DNA of 64,000 nucleotides from a virus: positions 64,001-128,000 of IMG/VR virus record IMGVR_UViG_3300026512_000003; one strand, 5' to 3'. Below the pieces are notes generated by a model. It did not search any database. It had not been told where the DNA came from and was given only the letters and a program-made list of their open reading frames with translations. The position numbers were made by a program, and so were the translations under genes. How positions within the stretch are numbered: the stretch's first letter is position 1; the number at the start of each line of letters is the position of its first letter. Positions 10,308-19,700 of the stretch are shown here, piece after piece.

Positions 10308-10336
10308 TAATTCCTTGGGAGACTCCCAAGAAATTA
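10308..10336 (-). terminator. Hairpin downstream of the 277-aa gene
   Basis: TAATTTCTTGGGA-GTC-TCCCAAGGAATTA inverted repeat 7 nt after stop. Confidence 0.55.
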
Positions 10337-10342
10337 AGAGGA

Positions 10343-11176
10343 CTACGCTTCTCTTAAGTAAGAAACACGACAAGTTTTGCCGTCATAATCACCAGAAGTT
10401 GCAGGGACAAGCTTCCATTCAGTAGCAGAATCTCCAGCAGTAACATCAACAACATCAAATGTTCCATCATCTACTTCAACTTCAGCAGTTAACCCTACAA
10501 TAGAACCTAGCACATCATGAGCAACAGTAAAGTCGTCACCAGTAATAGCAAGACCAGTCTCTACTTCCATTACAGTAACAGAACCTTTATTGTCAATAAG
10601 GCTTTTTAATGTCTTTCCTTGCTCAGCAGACAATGGAGCTTCTGTTCCACCAGTTGTAAGATCATCAACAATTGAAGATTTTAAAACTAGAGTATCTGTA
10701 TCAATGTCTTGTCCAAGAATTTGAAGTAATTTCCAACCGTCACCTTCTTTGTACATATATGCAGCTGATTGACCTTCAAAGTCACCTAAATCAGTGTCTC
10801 CTGTAGTATCAAGAACATATGCAATCATTGTTTCAAAAGGATCAGAAATTTCATTTCTTGCATCAATTGTATCAACCATGATTGAATCATCTACAGATGC
10901 AACATAAGATTTAATTTTATCAACAGACCAAGTAGTGTCAGAACCATCAGTAGCAGTATCATCAATCATACCATCAGTAGTCTGCTCTACAGCATCAAGT
11001 CTCGATGTAATATCATCAGAAAATGTTTTAAAAGCAGCAGTAGCCACAACAGTAGTTGCATTGTTAGCATCTAAGACATCACTCAAAGTTGCTTTGATTG
11101 CAGCTTTTTCTAATTTTAATCCGAGCGCAGACTCTAAGCCACTTACGGCCCCTATTCTTCTTCTATGTAAACTCAT
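10343..11176 (-). CDS. Acidic virion structural protein (fibre/decoration-like)
   Basis: IDDTATDGSDTTWSVDKIK and IVDDLTTGGTEAPLSAEQGKTLK resemble phage tail-fibre repeat motifs; strong RBS, own promoter and hairpin. Confidence 0.6.
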   Translation of the reverse strand: MSLHRRRIGAVSGLESALGLKLEKAAIKATLSDVLDANNATTVVATAAFKTFSDDITSRLDAVEQTTDGMIDDTATDGSDTTWSVDKIKSYVASVDDSIMVDTIDARNEISDPFETMIAYVLDTTGDTDLGDFEGQSAAYMYKEGDGWKLLQILGQDIDTDTLVLKSSIVDDLTTGGTEAPLSAEQGKTLKSLIDNKGSVTVMEVETGLAITGDDFTVAHDVLGSIVGLTAEVEVDDGTFDVVDVTAGDSATEWKLVPATSGDYDGKTCRVSYLREA

Positions 11177-11206
11177 GGTTTACCTCCTGTGTTTTTTTGA
11201 AATGTC

Positions 11207-11215
11207 ATTATATCA
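11207..11215 (-). promoter_or_regulatory. Extended -10 promoter (TGnTATAAT)
   Basis: TGATATAAT about 30 nt upstream of 11176 ATG. Confidence 0.55.
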
Positions 11216-11224
11216 CACTTTCTT

Positions 11225-11536
11225 TTAATCTTCTACATTTTCATATACAAACTTTAATTTCAAATAAAGGTTTCTTTTTTTTGTTCCATCTATAGTTGAT
11301 ACATGAACAAAAAGCGTATTTTGCGTTGTTACTATACTTTCGGTATCAAATAAAAAAGTTAGTTGACCGTCGTTCGAATCTGTTGGTTCAACTTGAAGAA
11401 CAAGATCAGTAAGTCCTTCTGAAAAACTCTTTGTTTTATACATAGCTAACATTGAGTTTGTCAGTGTATGCTCTGTATTTTCAAAGGACACGGTAAGCTC
11501 AACAGTGTTTCCGATAGTTATATATTTTGTGATCAT
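11225..11536 (-). CDS. Small beta-sandwich structural protein (BppU N-terminal-like)
   Basis: Alternating beta pattern ITIGNTVELTVSF...DGQLTFLF; RBS AAGGAG. Confidence 0.4.
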   Translation of the reverse strand: MITKYITIGNTVELTVSFENTEHTLTNSMLAMYKTKSFSEGLTDLVLQVEPTDSNDGQLTFLFDTESIVTTQNTLFVHVSTIDGTKKRNLYLKLKFVYENVED

Positions 11537-11548
11537 TATAAACTCTCC

Positions 11549-12874
11549 TTAGTATGGACTATATTGAATACTTGTTGAAAGTATACCATTTTGTGCTATG
11601 ACCGATTGCCCTGTAATAAAATATTTTCCTGAAGGTGGTAGAACAAAGGTAGATTCTTCTGAAAAGCCTCCACTAGAGAAGACACCGGTAGGAATTTCAA
11701 TGGAACTAGTAAAGCTTATCTTTTCAAAGCACTCACCCACTACACCGTCAACAGTAACGCTCATAGGACGAGCTAAAGCAAGAGCTTTCAAGGCAGTTGC
11801 TTTCTGAAGATATTCAAGGAGTTTTACTGTGATTTCCGTAACTACCCCAGAATAATTTTCCACTATTTCTTCAGTTCCTGCTTCCCATGGCTTATTTTTT
11901 TTGGTTATAGCTCCTTTTACAGGCTTGCAAACTATAGGTTTGTTAAGAAAAGTAAGCTCTTGATTAGACAACTTGAATACATCTATCCGGAGCAAAGAAG
12001 GTACAGAATCGACCTGTAAATTTGCTACTTCTCCTACTGCTATAGATCTTCCAAAATCATACTCAAAAGCTTGTGTAAAATAGTGAGCACTTCCTTTCAT
12101 AGAGGAATTTTCCATTATCGCTTGTGTCATATTTGAAGATGCCTGACTATTTGCTAAATCAGAATCTATTATTGTACCTTCTCCAGATAAGTGTAATGTT
12201 TGTGTTTTAGGAAGAGCTCTAAAATCAGTTGACATTGATCCTTCTATTATGTCTTCCATACTGATTTCGCTTTCATTTTCTTTAGGTGAGAACAATCTTA
12301 ACACAAACTTGTCATTTGAAGTTTGGTCTATATATAAATTAAGCCCCCTATACACAGTAGATAAGAAACTTGCTATTGTAAATTTTGTTGTTCGACCAAC
12401 CTGATTTATCATTTCTACTGAAGGCTTAAAAAATTCATCAATATTTTTAAAGAGTTCTATCACTTCTGGATCAGCTACGAAAGTGTAACTAGATTCTCCA
12501 GATATAACGATATCTGCTAAGGTAGATAGTGCAGTATTTATGTCAAGAATGCTATTCCCTAATTGCATAGCTTCTTCAGGCGACATAATTTTATATGGAG
12601 TGTTTACATCTTCTGTTGCAGAAACAATAATCACTTTTTGCAGATCTTGGATAATTGCCGGAATAAAGGTTGCTGCAGAAGTTGTTCCTCCTGTAGAAAA
12701 ATTTGTTCCTGAAGAGGCTAATAAATATCCTTCAGGAGGGACAACCGTTGTTCCAAGAAAACAAGTTACAGAAAGTGTAAAAAAATTTATAATTCCATTA
12801 AAAGTACTTCTTGCTTCTACGGAGATTACTTCTTCTCCTATAACAGACTCAACTAAATCACTCCCTACTCCCAT
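11549..12874 (-). CDS. Putative baseplate hub-like protein
   Basis: 441 aa; C-terminal GKYFITGQSV...STSIQY resembles gp27/gpD hub ends; context. Confidence 0.35.
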   Translation of the reverse strand: MGVGSDLVESVIGEEVISVEARSTFNGIINFFTLSVTCFLGTTVVPPEGYLLASSGTNFSTGGTTSAATFIPAIIQDLQKVIIVSATEDVNTPYKIMSPEEAMQLGNSILDINTALSTLADIVISGESSYTFVADPEVIELFKNIDEFFKPSVEMINQVGRTTKFTIASFLSTVYRGLNLYIDQTSNDKFVLRLFSPKENESEISMEDIIEGSMSTDFRALPKTQTLHLSGEGTIIDSDLANSQASSNMTQAIMENSSMKGSAHYFTQAFEYDFGRSIAVGEVANLQVDSVPSLLRIDVFKLSNQELTFLNKPIVCKPVKGAITKKNKPWEAGTEEIVENYSGVVTEITVKLLEYLQKATALKALALARPMSVTVDGVVGECFEKISFTSSIEIPTGVFSSGGFSEESTFVLPPSGKYFITGQSVIAQNGILSTSIQYSPY

Positions 12875-14211
12875 TCCACAATCTCCACTATGCTTGTTTG
12901 CATTTTTACTACATCTAATAAATTTTCTACTGTACCAATTGCAGATTCTGTGTTAATAATCATAGGTCTGTTCGAAAATACTTTTTGTGTTTCCGATATA
13001 TATAAAGAGTGATTTTGAGTTACTTTCGTAAAAAGGTCTTCTTTGTGAAAAAGTTGATTATTTTTCAAGTAAAGCAAAACCGAACCGATATTTACAACAT
13101 CTGAAAATGTGAGTGCAAAATCATGAGCTTCAGCATTTTCTATTTTCAGTTGGTTATCTTCAGTGTATACACCTAAAACTCTTTTTAAAGCAACAGGAAG
13201 ATTGCTAATAGTCACATCTACTTCATCATGCAAACCTTTTGAAATTTCCGATACTTCTAATAGATTTGTAGGAACCCCTAGAAGATTTAACATATCGCTA
13301 GAAAAAAGCTGGGTATTTGTTATAGCTGAGCTTGTTTGTGCTATTGTTATGTTTGAAGATAAAAAAGACTGAGCTGTAGATGCTATTTGTTCTAGTAAAT
13401 CCTCAGTACATACAGTATCATCTGAATCTGTTGTCCCTATTCGAATAGGCATCCAATTGCTACCATCCTTAAACAGGCAAACGCTTCCTATATTAGTAGG
13501 AGTAACTAAACTTGTAGAGATAGAACATGAGGTTGCATTAACATTAGAGGCCACCACAAGAGGAATATCGTTAGTAATAGATATGTTGTCATTTGCAACT
13601 GAAACAACATTGCTGATTAACACCTCAGATGAAGCAGATAATGTTTTTTTATCGAGATTAATAGCGCTCATCTTTTTTGCCATTTCCAATGAAACTCCAG
13701 AATTCATATCGGAGCTATCAGAATGAGATATAACCTTCCGTGTAATAAACGGAGCTTTTTTTGTTAAAAAATTGTCTTCATAATATTTAATATCAACAAT
13801 ATCATCATCTTCAAAAGATAAATCTTGAGAGTACATAAGTTCTATTTGAGGACTTGTCTCGTCTTTTTTAATAAAATCTTCTGCTAAATATTCAATTTGT
13901 GAGGTAGTGATTTTTTTTGGGAAAAGTGAGAAATCTGATACTGTAGCATGCTCATTAATTATCAGTTCACCAATTGCGTTCTCAATGTATATTCCAGCTG
14001 GAGCTTCAACTATTCTTGATGTAGGTACAGTATTAAGGATACCGATCTGAATTGATTCTATATCTGTAGAATGCCGAACAAGATTACATGTTGCATTCTG
14101 TCTAGCAAAGATAGTATTATCAATCAGCTCTTGAAGTGACACAGAAACACCTATTGATGAAACCCTTATAAAGTCAACTATAGATTTGTATTTTGTAAAA
14201 TCAAATTTCAT
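12865..14211 (-). CDS. Hypothetical baseplate-region protein
   Basis: 448-aa ORF with AAGGAG RBS in structural operon. Confidence 0.5.
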   Translation of the reverse strand: MKFDFTKYKSIVDFIRVSSIGVSVSLQELIDNTIFARQNATCNLVRHSTDIESIQIGILNTVPTSRIVEAPAGIYIENAIGELIINEHATVSDFSLFPKKITTSQIEYLAEDFIKKDETSPQIELMYSQDLSFEDDDIVDIKYYEDNFLTKKAPFITRKVISHSDSSDMNSGVSLEMAKKMSAINLDKKTLSASSEVLISNVVSVANDNISITNDIPLVVASNVNATSCSISTSLVTPTNIGSVCLFKDGSNWMPIRIGTTDSDDTVCTEDLLEQIASTAQSFLSSNITIAQTSSAITNTQLFSSDMLNLLGVPTNLLEVSEISKGLHDEVDVTISNLPVALKRVLGVYTEDNQLKIENAEAHDFALTFSDVVNIGSVLLYLKNNQLFHKEDLFTKVTQNHSLYISETQKVFSNRPMIINTESAIGTVENLLDVVKMQTSIVEIVEWE

Positions 14212-14221
14212 TGAGTACTCC

Positions 14222-14896
14222 TTAAACTTCGGCTAAAACATGCTTATTCAGATCAAAAGTTTGTTGCTCTAAATCAGATGTTTTTTTATATAGATTTCTA
14301 TCTAATGCAGGAAAAGGAAGAGCGCTTTTAAAAATATTAGCTGCTTCTTGGTCCTGTATTCGCATATTATATATTGTGGATGTTTTTGTTCCAGGTCTCA
14401 TAGTGTACCATTTTCCAACTTTAAAGTCACAAGTAAAAACAAAACCCTCGCTGTTATTAATCACTATTTTATCTTTAGATGAAAGAACATAAATAAAGAG
14501 TCTTGTTTTTTTTGGGAAAACCTCAGCTATCCCTTTTGCTTTTGCTTGCTCTTTAGCATAACCTCCTCTTTCAAGTTTTGCTCCGACCGAAGGAAGCTCA
14601 TACACATCTGTTAAATCTTCTTTTGCTAAAATCTTACCTCTTTTTACAGATATTTCATATGTAGAAATAAAAACACCTATGTTGATGTTATCTGCTTTTT
14701 TTGGTGAGGTTAGAAAAAACATTCTTGCATTTTTGTCATACCTCAATCCTGCAATATGTTTAGATTTGTCTTTGTATTCCACATTTCTAACATCCATAAA
14801 ACCAATTATACTTTTTCCTCTAAGTGCTGTTGCTATTCCAGAAGCTTTATCTTTGTAGTACTTAGACAAGCTTGCATTTATTACTATATTCGCCAT
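14222..14896 (-). CDS. Basic hypothetical protein
   Basis: 224-aa ORF, translationally coupled. Confidence 0.55.
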   Translation of the reverse strand: MANIVINASLSKYYKDKASGIATALRGKSIIGFMDVRNVEYKDKSKHIAGLRYDKNARMFFLTSPKKADNINIGVFISTYEISVKRGKILAKEDLTDVYELPSVGAKLERGGYAKEQAKAKGIAEVFPKKTRLFIYVLSSKDKIVINNSEGFVFTCDFKVGKWYTMRPGTKTSTIYNMRIQDQEAANIFKSALPFPALDRNLYKKTSDLEQQTFDLNKHVLAEV

Positions 14897-15207
14897 TAAT
14901 ATTCTCCATGTGTATATTTTATTTCAAAAGGGAAAATATTCCCTTTAAAGATATGCTGACATTCGAATAAAATAGAACCATACGATTGAACTGAATTCAC
15001 GACTTTTAGATTTCTTATTCTTAAAATATTGCGTAAAACAACCCCAATATTAGAAACATCAGACAGCCCATACATAAACATGTTTAGTTTCTTTAACTCA
15101 AGAGGTGGTGTTTTTGGCAAAATGCCTTTTTTATTATCGAAACGATCTAAACTTCTTGTATCAGAAAGAACATTTGTCTCATAAAGAGACACTATTTGAG
15201 TATTCAT
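14896..15207 (-). CDS. Hypothetical protein
   Basis: 103 aa, RBS AAGGAA. Confidence 0.5.
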   Translation of the reverse strand: MNTQIVSLYETNVLSDTRSLDRFDNKKGILPKTPPLELKKLNMFMYGLSDVSNIGVVLRNILRIRNLKVVNSVQSYGSILFECQHIFKGNIFPFEIKYTHGEY

Positions 15208-15216
15208 TATTGTTCC

Positions 15217-15423
15217 TTAATATTGGTATGTCACTAGCTTTGTCAGCACGCCATACTGATCCCAGTTTTCAATTTCGGACAGTAGCATTTTTTCGGTGTC
15301 TGTGGCAATCAAAGTAAGCAACTCCTCATACATAGCAATGTCATCAGTATCATTTAAGATAAACTGTTGAACTCTTATTCTAGGAGGCTTAGAAGTAAAT
15401 AAGTACTTCTTTACCCAACGCAT
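15217..15423 (-). CDS. Hypothetical protein
   Basis: 68 aa, TAATG coupling. Confidence 0.5.
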   Translation of the reverse strand: MRWVKKYLFTSKPPRIRVQQFILNDTDDIAMYEELLTLIATDTEKMLLSEIENWDQYGVLTKLVTYQY

Positions 15424-15623
15424 TATTGTCTTCCAATCTTTTGATCAAGGAAACTAAATAAACGGCTCATATTGGCATATGCTTCTTTGCTGCATCTATA
15501 TAATTTTCTTTTTATTATTTGCAAATCACTTAAAGTGATATTATCGGCTAACCATGCTACTCTTTTTTCCTCAAGCAAATTTCTCATTTTTGTGCAACTC
15601 ATTGATTGTATATCTATTGCCAT
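15423..15623 (-). CDS. Hypothetical protein
   Basis: 66 aa, RBS AAGGAG. Confidence 0.5.
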   Translation of the reverse strand: MAIDIQSMSCTKMRNLLEEKRVAWLADNITLSDLQIIKRKLYRCSKEAYANMSRLFSFLDQKIGRQ

Positions 15624-15639
15624 GATTACATTCTCCTTT

Positions 15640-15861
15640 TTATTCGACTATAATATCTGCAATTGTCTCATAAAGTCGCTTCGAATGACCTTTTGCTAGC
15701 AAAGAATCACAATGTCCAAGAATATCTCTGTTTGTTATCCCATCTTTTTCAGAAAAAGGTTTTCTTTCACTTGATTTAGTATCCACAAAAAAATTATATA
15801 CTTTTGACAAAGAAGATAATTCCTTTTGAGATAGATTCTGTTGCTGTTTCGCTATTTTCAT
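15640..15861 (-). CDS. Hypothetical protein
   Basis: 73 aa, RBS AGGGAG. Confidence 0.5.
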   Translation of the reverse strand: MKIAKQQQNLSQKELSSLSKVYNFFVDTKSSERKPFSEKDGITNRDILGHCDSLLAKGHSKRLYETIADIIVE

Positions 15862-15881
15862 AATTTCAACTCCCTACTTAG

Positions 15882-18800
15882 TTATGCTGTATGATATGTC
15901 ATATAATCTTGACTAGTATGTGTTTTTCCAAAAATATCTATAAACTTTACTTTAAATTGAACTTCACCTGAGCCATCTCCAGAATAGGTAGCTTTAAAAG
16001 TATTTCCTGGATTACTGGTTTCAACTAAAGTAAGCTTAGTAATATCAAAGTCAGAGATAGTACTTGAAACATCCTCGAAACCTACTGCATTCATGTCTTT
16101 TAGTAAAAGTCCATCAGGCGTGAAACCAAGAAAAGCTTTATAAGGAAAATCTTGTCCAAAATCAACAGACGAAGAACATTCAATTAAAATAATCACATCT
16201 TCATCTGAACGAACATGCACATCTAACTCCATTTTTTTTGAAGAGCCATTAAGAGATGCTGAGAAATATGACAGAATTTCTTGTTTTTTAAATATATCGT
16301 TTTCTTGTACAAAACACGCTTCTTTAAAAAGTGTGCCAGACATAGTTGGAAAAACATTACTAAAAGCATCTTCTATATCCGTAGAATAAGAAAATGCTTT
16401 TGAGCCAGAAATTAAGCATATCCAAACAAGAAACCAATCATAAGGTAGTAAATCTGTTTTCTCCTCATCATCAGTAAATAAAAGCCCTGTAATTGAATCA
16501 AAATTTGTCTTCCAATCAGAGTAAGCAATACTATCCCCTTTACTTTTTAAATAAAAGAATATTTTTAAAAAAATTGTATGTAGAGCATTTTTATGATTAG
16601 TGTTATTTTGTGTCATAATAGTATTTAGTAGAAGAAGTGTTCCGAGTTCCTCTTTTGTTAAGACAGTTGTGTATGAATGATAAAGCGTTTGTAGCATAGA
16701 CTTAGCGCTATTTATAGAGACTATGTCTCCCCCATCAGTAATCTCAACAGCATCCATTAAAATACTCCATAGGGAATCTTTATGTTTTTTTGAATATCCT
16801 GAAAGAGAATGGTTTATAGCCAGACTTAAACTATCAGCAAAATATCCTTTTCTTACTATCTCACCATAACAGTAATCCTCAGCAGAAGAATCACTTATTT
16901 TTGCTTGAAGTTGATATTTCGTTATTTTATGTTGGCATAAAGACAATGGAACTTTTTCTTCAAGATATCTATCTTGTATATAAAGACTTTTATTGCTTTC
17001 TATGTTGGATATCTCAAAATCTCCTTGAAAAAGAAGAGCTGTATAACTATCTATTAACATGCTAGCATCAAACGGATATACTTTTTCTGTTAAAGGCAAT
17101 GCCATTTTTCTAAAGTTTCTAAAATACAAATCTTTCACTGTTACATGAGAATCTATAGGAACACCATCTATGCCATAATTGTTATCTGGACTATCTTCAG
17201 GGTCATCTGTTCCAAAAAGTTCTATTGCTAGGTCTTCTTGCACAAAAAATTCAGTGAGATAATAGTATGGTGCCACAAAAGCACTTGCTAATGCAATAAA
17301 GCGTTCTTCTCGTAGATCATCGTCAAGAGAAGCCGCTAATCTAAAAAGAAATGTGTATTGTTTTTTGCTATATTTCTTTTGAGGTACCCTTGCATCCATA
17401 ACAAAGTTTTCAATAGTTTCCTCCGATACTCCATAGCTGTCTTCAATCCAGCATTTTTCATAGTTAGAAAAAAAAGCTTTCTTGTCGGCATGTTTTTTGA
17501 CACTTATATCTTCAGTACACAGAGCGTTTAGACTACCAAAAATTTTATTCCCCTTGTATAGTCTTTCAGATAAAATTTCAGAAAAAGTGTTGTTTTCAGT
17601 TCCAAGAATTTTTTTCTCGTATACCACAGGAGCAATCGTTGTGAGAACCTCTCGGAGGGAATCTTTTGTAGCTAAACAATTAGAGCCTGCTTCTGCAAAA
17701 AACCATCTATCGGCTAGACCAGCTTGAGTAGAATTAAAAGGAGTTTCTATAACTGCACTTCCTCTAGGTACAGGATTAATACCCTCTGAAGAATGAATTA
17801 GATTTTCTGAACTAGCATTGATTATTTTAGATGCTTTTCTAATAAATCTACCTACAGAACAAACACTGTTTTCACTTGATGAAATTGGATGAGAAAGTAT
17901 TGGTCTGAAAACATTTGAGGGGTTTGCTAAAATACCATCAAATGTAAGTTGTTGAGCCTCATATTTATTTAAAGGCATTTTCTTATGATAGATTTGCCCA
18001 TGTTGTTTTTTTAAAAATGAAAGCTCAAACGAATCTAATTTAGGAAGTTCTTTAAGATCATTTCTCAAAATAGTGTTTCTTTCTACAGGGATAGTGTAAT
18101 TATTTTCGCCAGAGTTTGACAAGGTTATCTGTTCCCCAGCCGTCGTTGCAGTCAATACTATTTTTGCACCTTCTGTATTAGAATTCATAGAGAGATTTGC
18201 ATCATTTATTTTGGTCTCAAAAAGAGAAGCTAGTTCGCTTTCTGAACTCACTGCTTCCTGAGAGGCATCAATCGCCGTTTCGGTATCTGCTAATGTAATA
18301 GAAAAAGTATCTTCTTTGTTGAATTTAACAATTGTACATTCTGAAATTTGAGGGGTTGCTGCATTATAATTAGAAATATCAGTAACTTCGACTTGCCATG
18401 TATCCCCAGAGACAAAAGAAACATCAGCATCTCTAGTAAAGGAAATTTGCATCTTACTCTGAAACTGTTCCAATGTGACTGTGTCATTATAGGGATATTC
18501 GTCATCGTCCTTAAATCCATCCATCTTTATTACTTCAAACGGAGCTTCATCAAAAGTATTAACAAGATCAACGATATCAGCAATCAATGGATATACAACA
18601 TCTGAGCCATCATGCTCAAAAGTAATCGTTATTTTTTTTCCTCCACTGTCTGTATCAGAAGCCTCTATAGTTAAATCGTGTTCATCTGAAGGAGTAATCA
18701 TTTCCACTATATATTCTACATCTTCAGTTTCATCCCGAACTAACCAGTTAAAAACTTTATCACCATCATCATCCTTAAAAAGCATAGAGTAATATCCCAT

Positions 18801-19700
18801 TGTTGCTACAATGTCAATTCCGTCAACTTCAGCCAAAGCATCTTCAAGACCCGCTTCAATATCATCCAATGTATCATCAGTAGCATAAGTGTAAGTATAA
18901 TCTGTTCCATCTATTCTAATGGAATGATTCACTTCTTTTAATCTAATCAAGTTAATAATAGTAACATCGTCTGTTCCAGCTACAGGTTCCTGTGTTGTTA
19001 CAAATTGAGATATTTTAGAGCCACTACCATTTAATTCTGCATCTGTTAAATTTTGATTTATCTCTCCAACAGTTGCATCAGATAGCTCTATCCCTGCAAT
19101 ATCTTTCTCGAAAGAAAGTTTGATGTTTTTCATTCTACCAAATCTAGGGAGTATATTAAACCTGTTAGAAAAGGAGTTTCTTGAAATCATATAGTTTGGG
19201 CTTAGAACATCTTCTGATACAATACTTTTGGTTACAGCAATCTGTTCTCCCGTTTTAAAAATTGCATTACTTTTTTTTGAAAGCTGTTTTTTTGTTAGTG
19301 TGTTGGAAATCCAGGAATATTCAGTACTTATTTTATCGTCAAGTGTTATTTTTTTTGGAACAAAAGTACTTATCATTTTATTTTTAATATTTGCACCTGT
19401 CCATGCATCTTGAGATTGAGAAGTATAAGCAGACGCAACAACAGAAATGTCACTTGTCTCTAGGTGAAATTTATTTCCAGTTCCTATCTCTGTGTCACTT
19501 ATTGATTTTATAATTCCAACAAGTTCTTTTGTGACTATTTTTTTGTTGCTCATCCCTAACCCCTGTTTAAAATAATTATTTTTGTCTTTTTGCAGTTTAC
19601 TCATCATATTATCAAAGCTACAGACAATGCCTTCAACACTTTTTGAAAGACCTTGAAGACTTCTCCCAACAGATAGTGCTTCATGTTCCTGAGAGGTCAT
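15882..19700 (-). CDS. Large virion structural protein with acidic beta-rich insert domains
   Basis: 1272 aa; residues about 230-540 are D/T/E-rich with sheath-insert/Ig-like patterns (SIRIDGTDYTYTYATDDTLDDIEAGL; KIVLTATTAG). Confidence 0.5.
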   Translation of the reverse strand: MTSQEHEALSVGRSLQGLSKSVEGIVCSFDNMMSKLQKDKNNYFKQGLGMSNKKIVTKELVGIIKSISDTEIGTGNKFHLETSDISVVASAYTSQSQDAWTGANIKNKMISTFVPKKITLDDKISTEYSWISNTLTKKQLSKKSNAIFKTGEQIAVTKSIVSEDVLSPNYMISRNSFSNRFNILPRFGRMKNIKLSFEKDIAGIELSDATVGEINQNLTDAELNGSGSKISQFVTTQEPVAGTDDVTIINLIRLKEVNHSIRIDGTDYTYTYATDDTLDDIEAGLEDALAEVDGIDIVATMGYYSMLFKDDDGDKVFNWLVRDETEDVEYIVEMITPSDEHDLTIEASDTDSGGKKITITFEHDGSDVVYPLIADIVDLVNTFDEAPFEVIKMDGFKDDDEYPYNDTVTLEQFQSKMQISFTRDADVSFVSGDTWQVEVTDISNYNAATPQISECTIVKFNKEDTFSITLADTETAIDASQEAVSSESELASLFETKINDANLSMNSNTEGAKIVLTATTAGEQITLSNSGENNYTIPVERNTILRNDLKELPKLDSFELSFLKKQHGQIYHKKMPLNKYEAQQLTFDGILANPSNVFRPILSHPISSSENSVCSVGRFIRKASKIINASSENLIHSSEGINPVPRGSAVIETPFNSTQAGLADRWFFAEAGSNCLATKDSLREVLTTIAPVVYEKKILGTENNTFSEILSERLYKGNKIFGSLNALCTEDISVKKHADKKAFFSNYEKCWIEDSYGVSEETIENFVMDARVPQKKYSKKQYTFLFRLAASLDDDLREERFIALASAFVAPYYYLTEFFVQEDLAIELFGTDDPEDSPDNNYGIDGVPIDSHVTVKDLYFRNFRKMALPLTEKVYPFDASMLIDSYTALLFQGDFEISNIESNKSLYIQDRYLEEKVPLSLCQHKITKYQLQAKISDSSAEDYCYGEIVRKGYFADSLSLAINHSLSGYSKKHKDSLWSILMDAVEITDGGDIVSINSAKSMLQTLYHSYTTVLTKEELGTLLLLNTIMTQNNTNHKNALHTIFLKIFFYLKSKGDSIAYSDWKTNFDSITGLLFTDDEEKTDLLPYDWFLVWICLISGSKAFSYSTDIEDAFSNVFPTMSGTLFKEACFVQENDIFKKQEILSYFSASLNGSSKKMELDVHVRSDEDVIILIECSSSVDFGQDFPYKAFLGFTPDGLLLKDMNAVGFEDVSSTISDFDITKLTLVETSNPGNTFKATYSGDGSGEVQFKVKFIDIFGKTHTSQDYMTYHTA

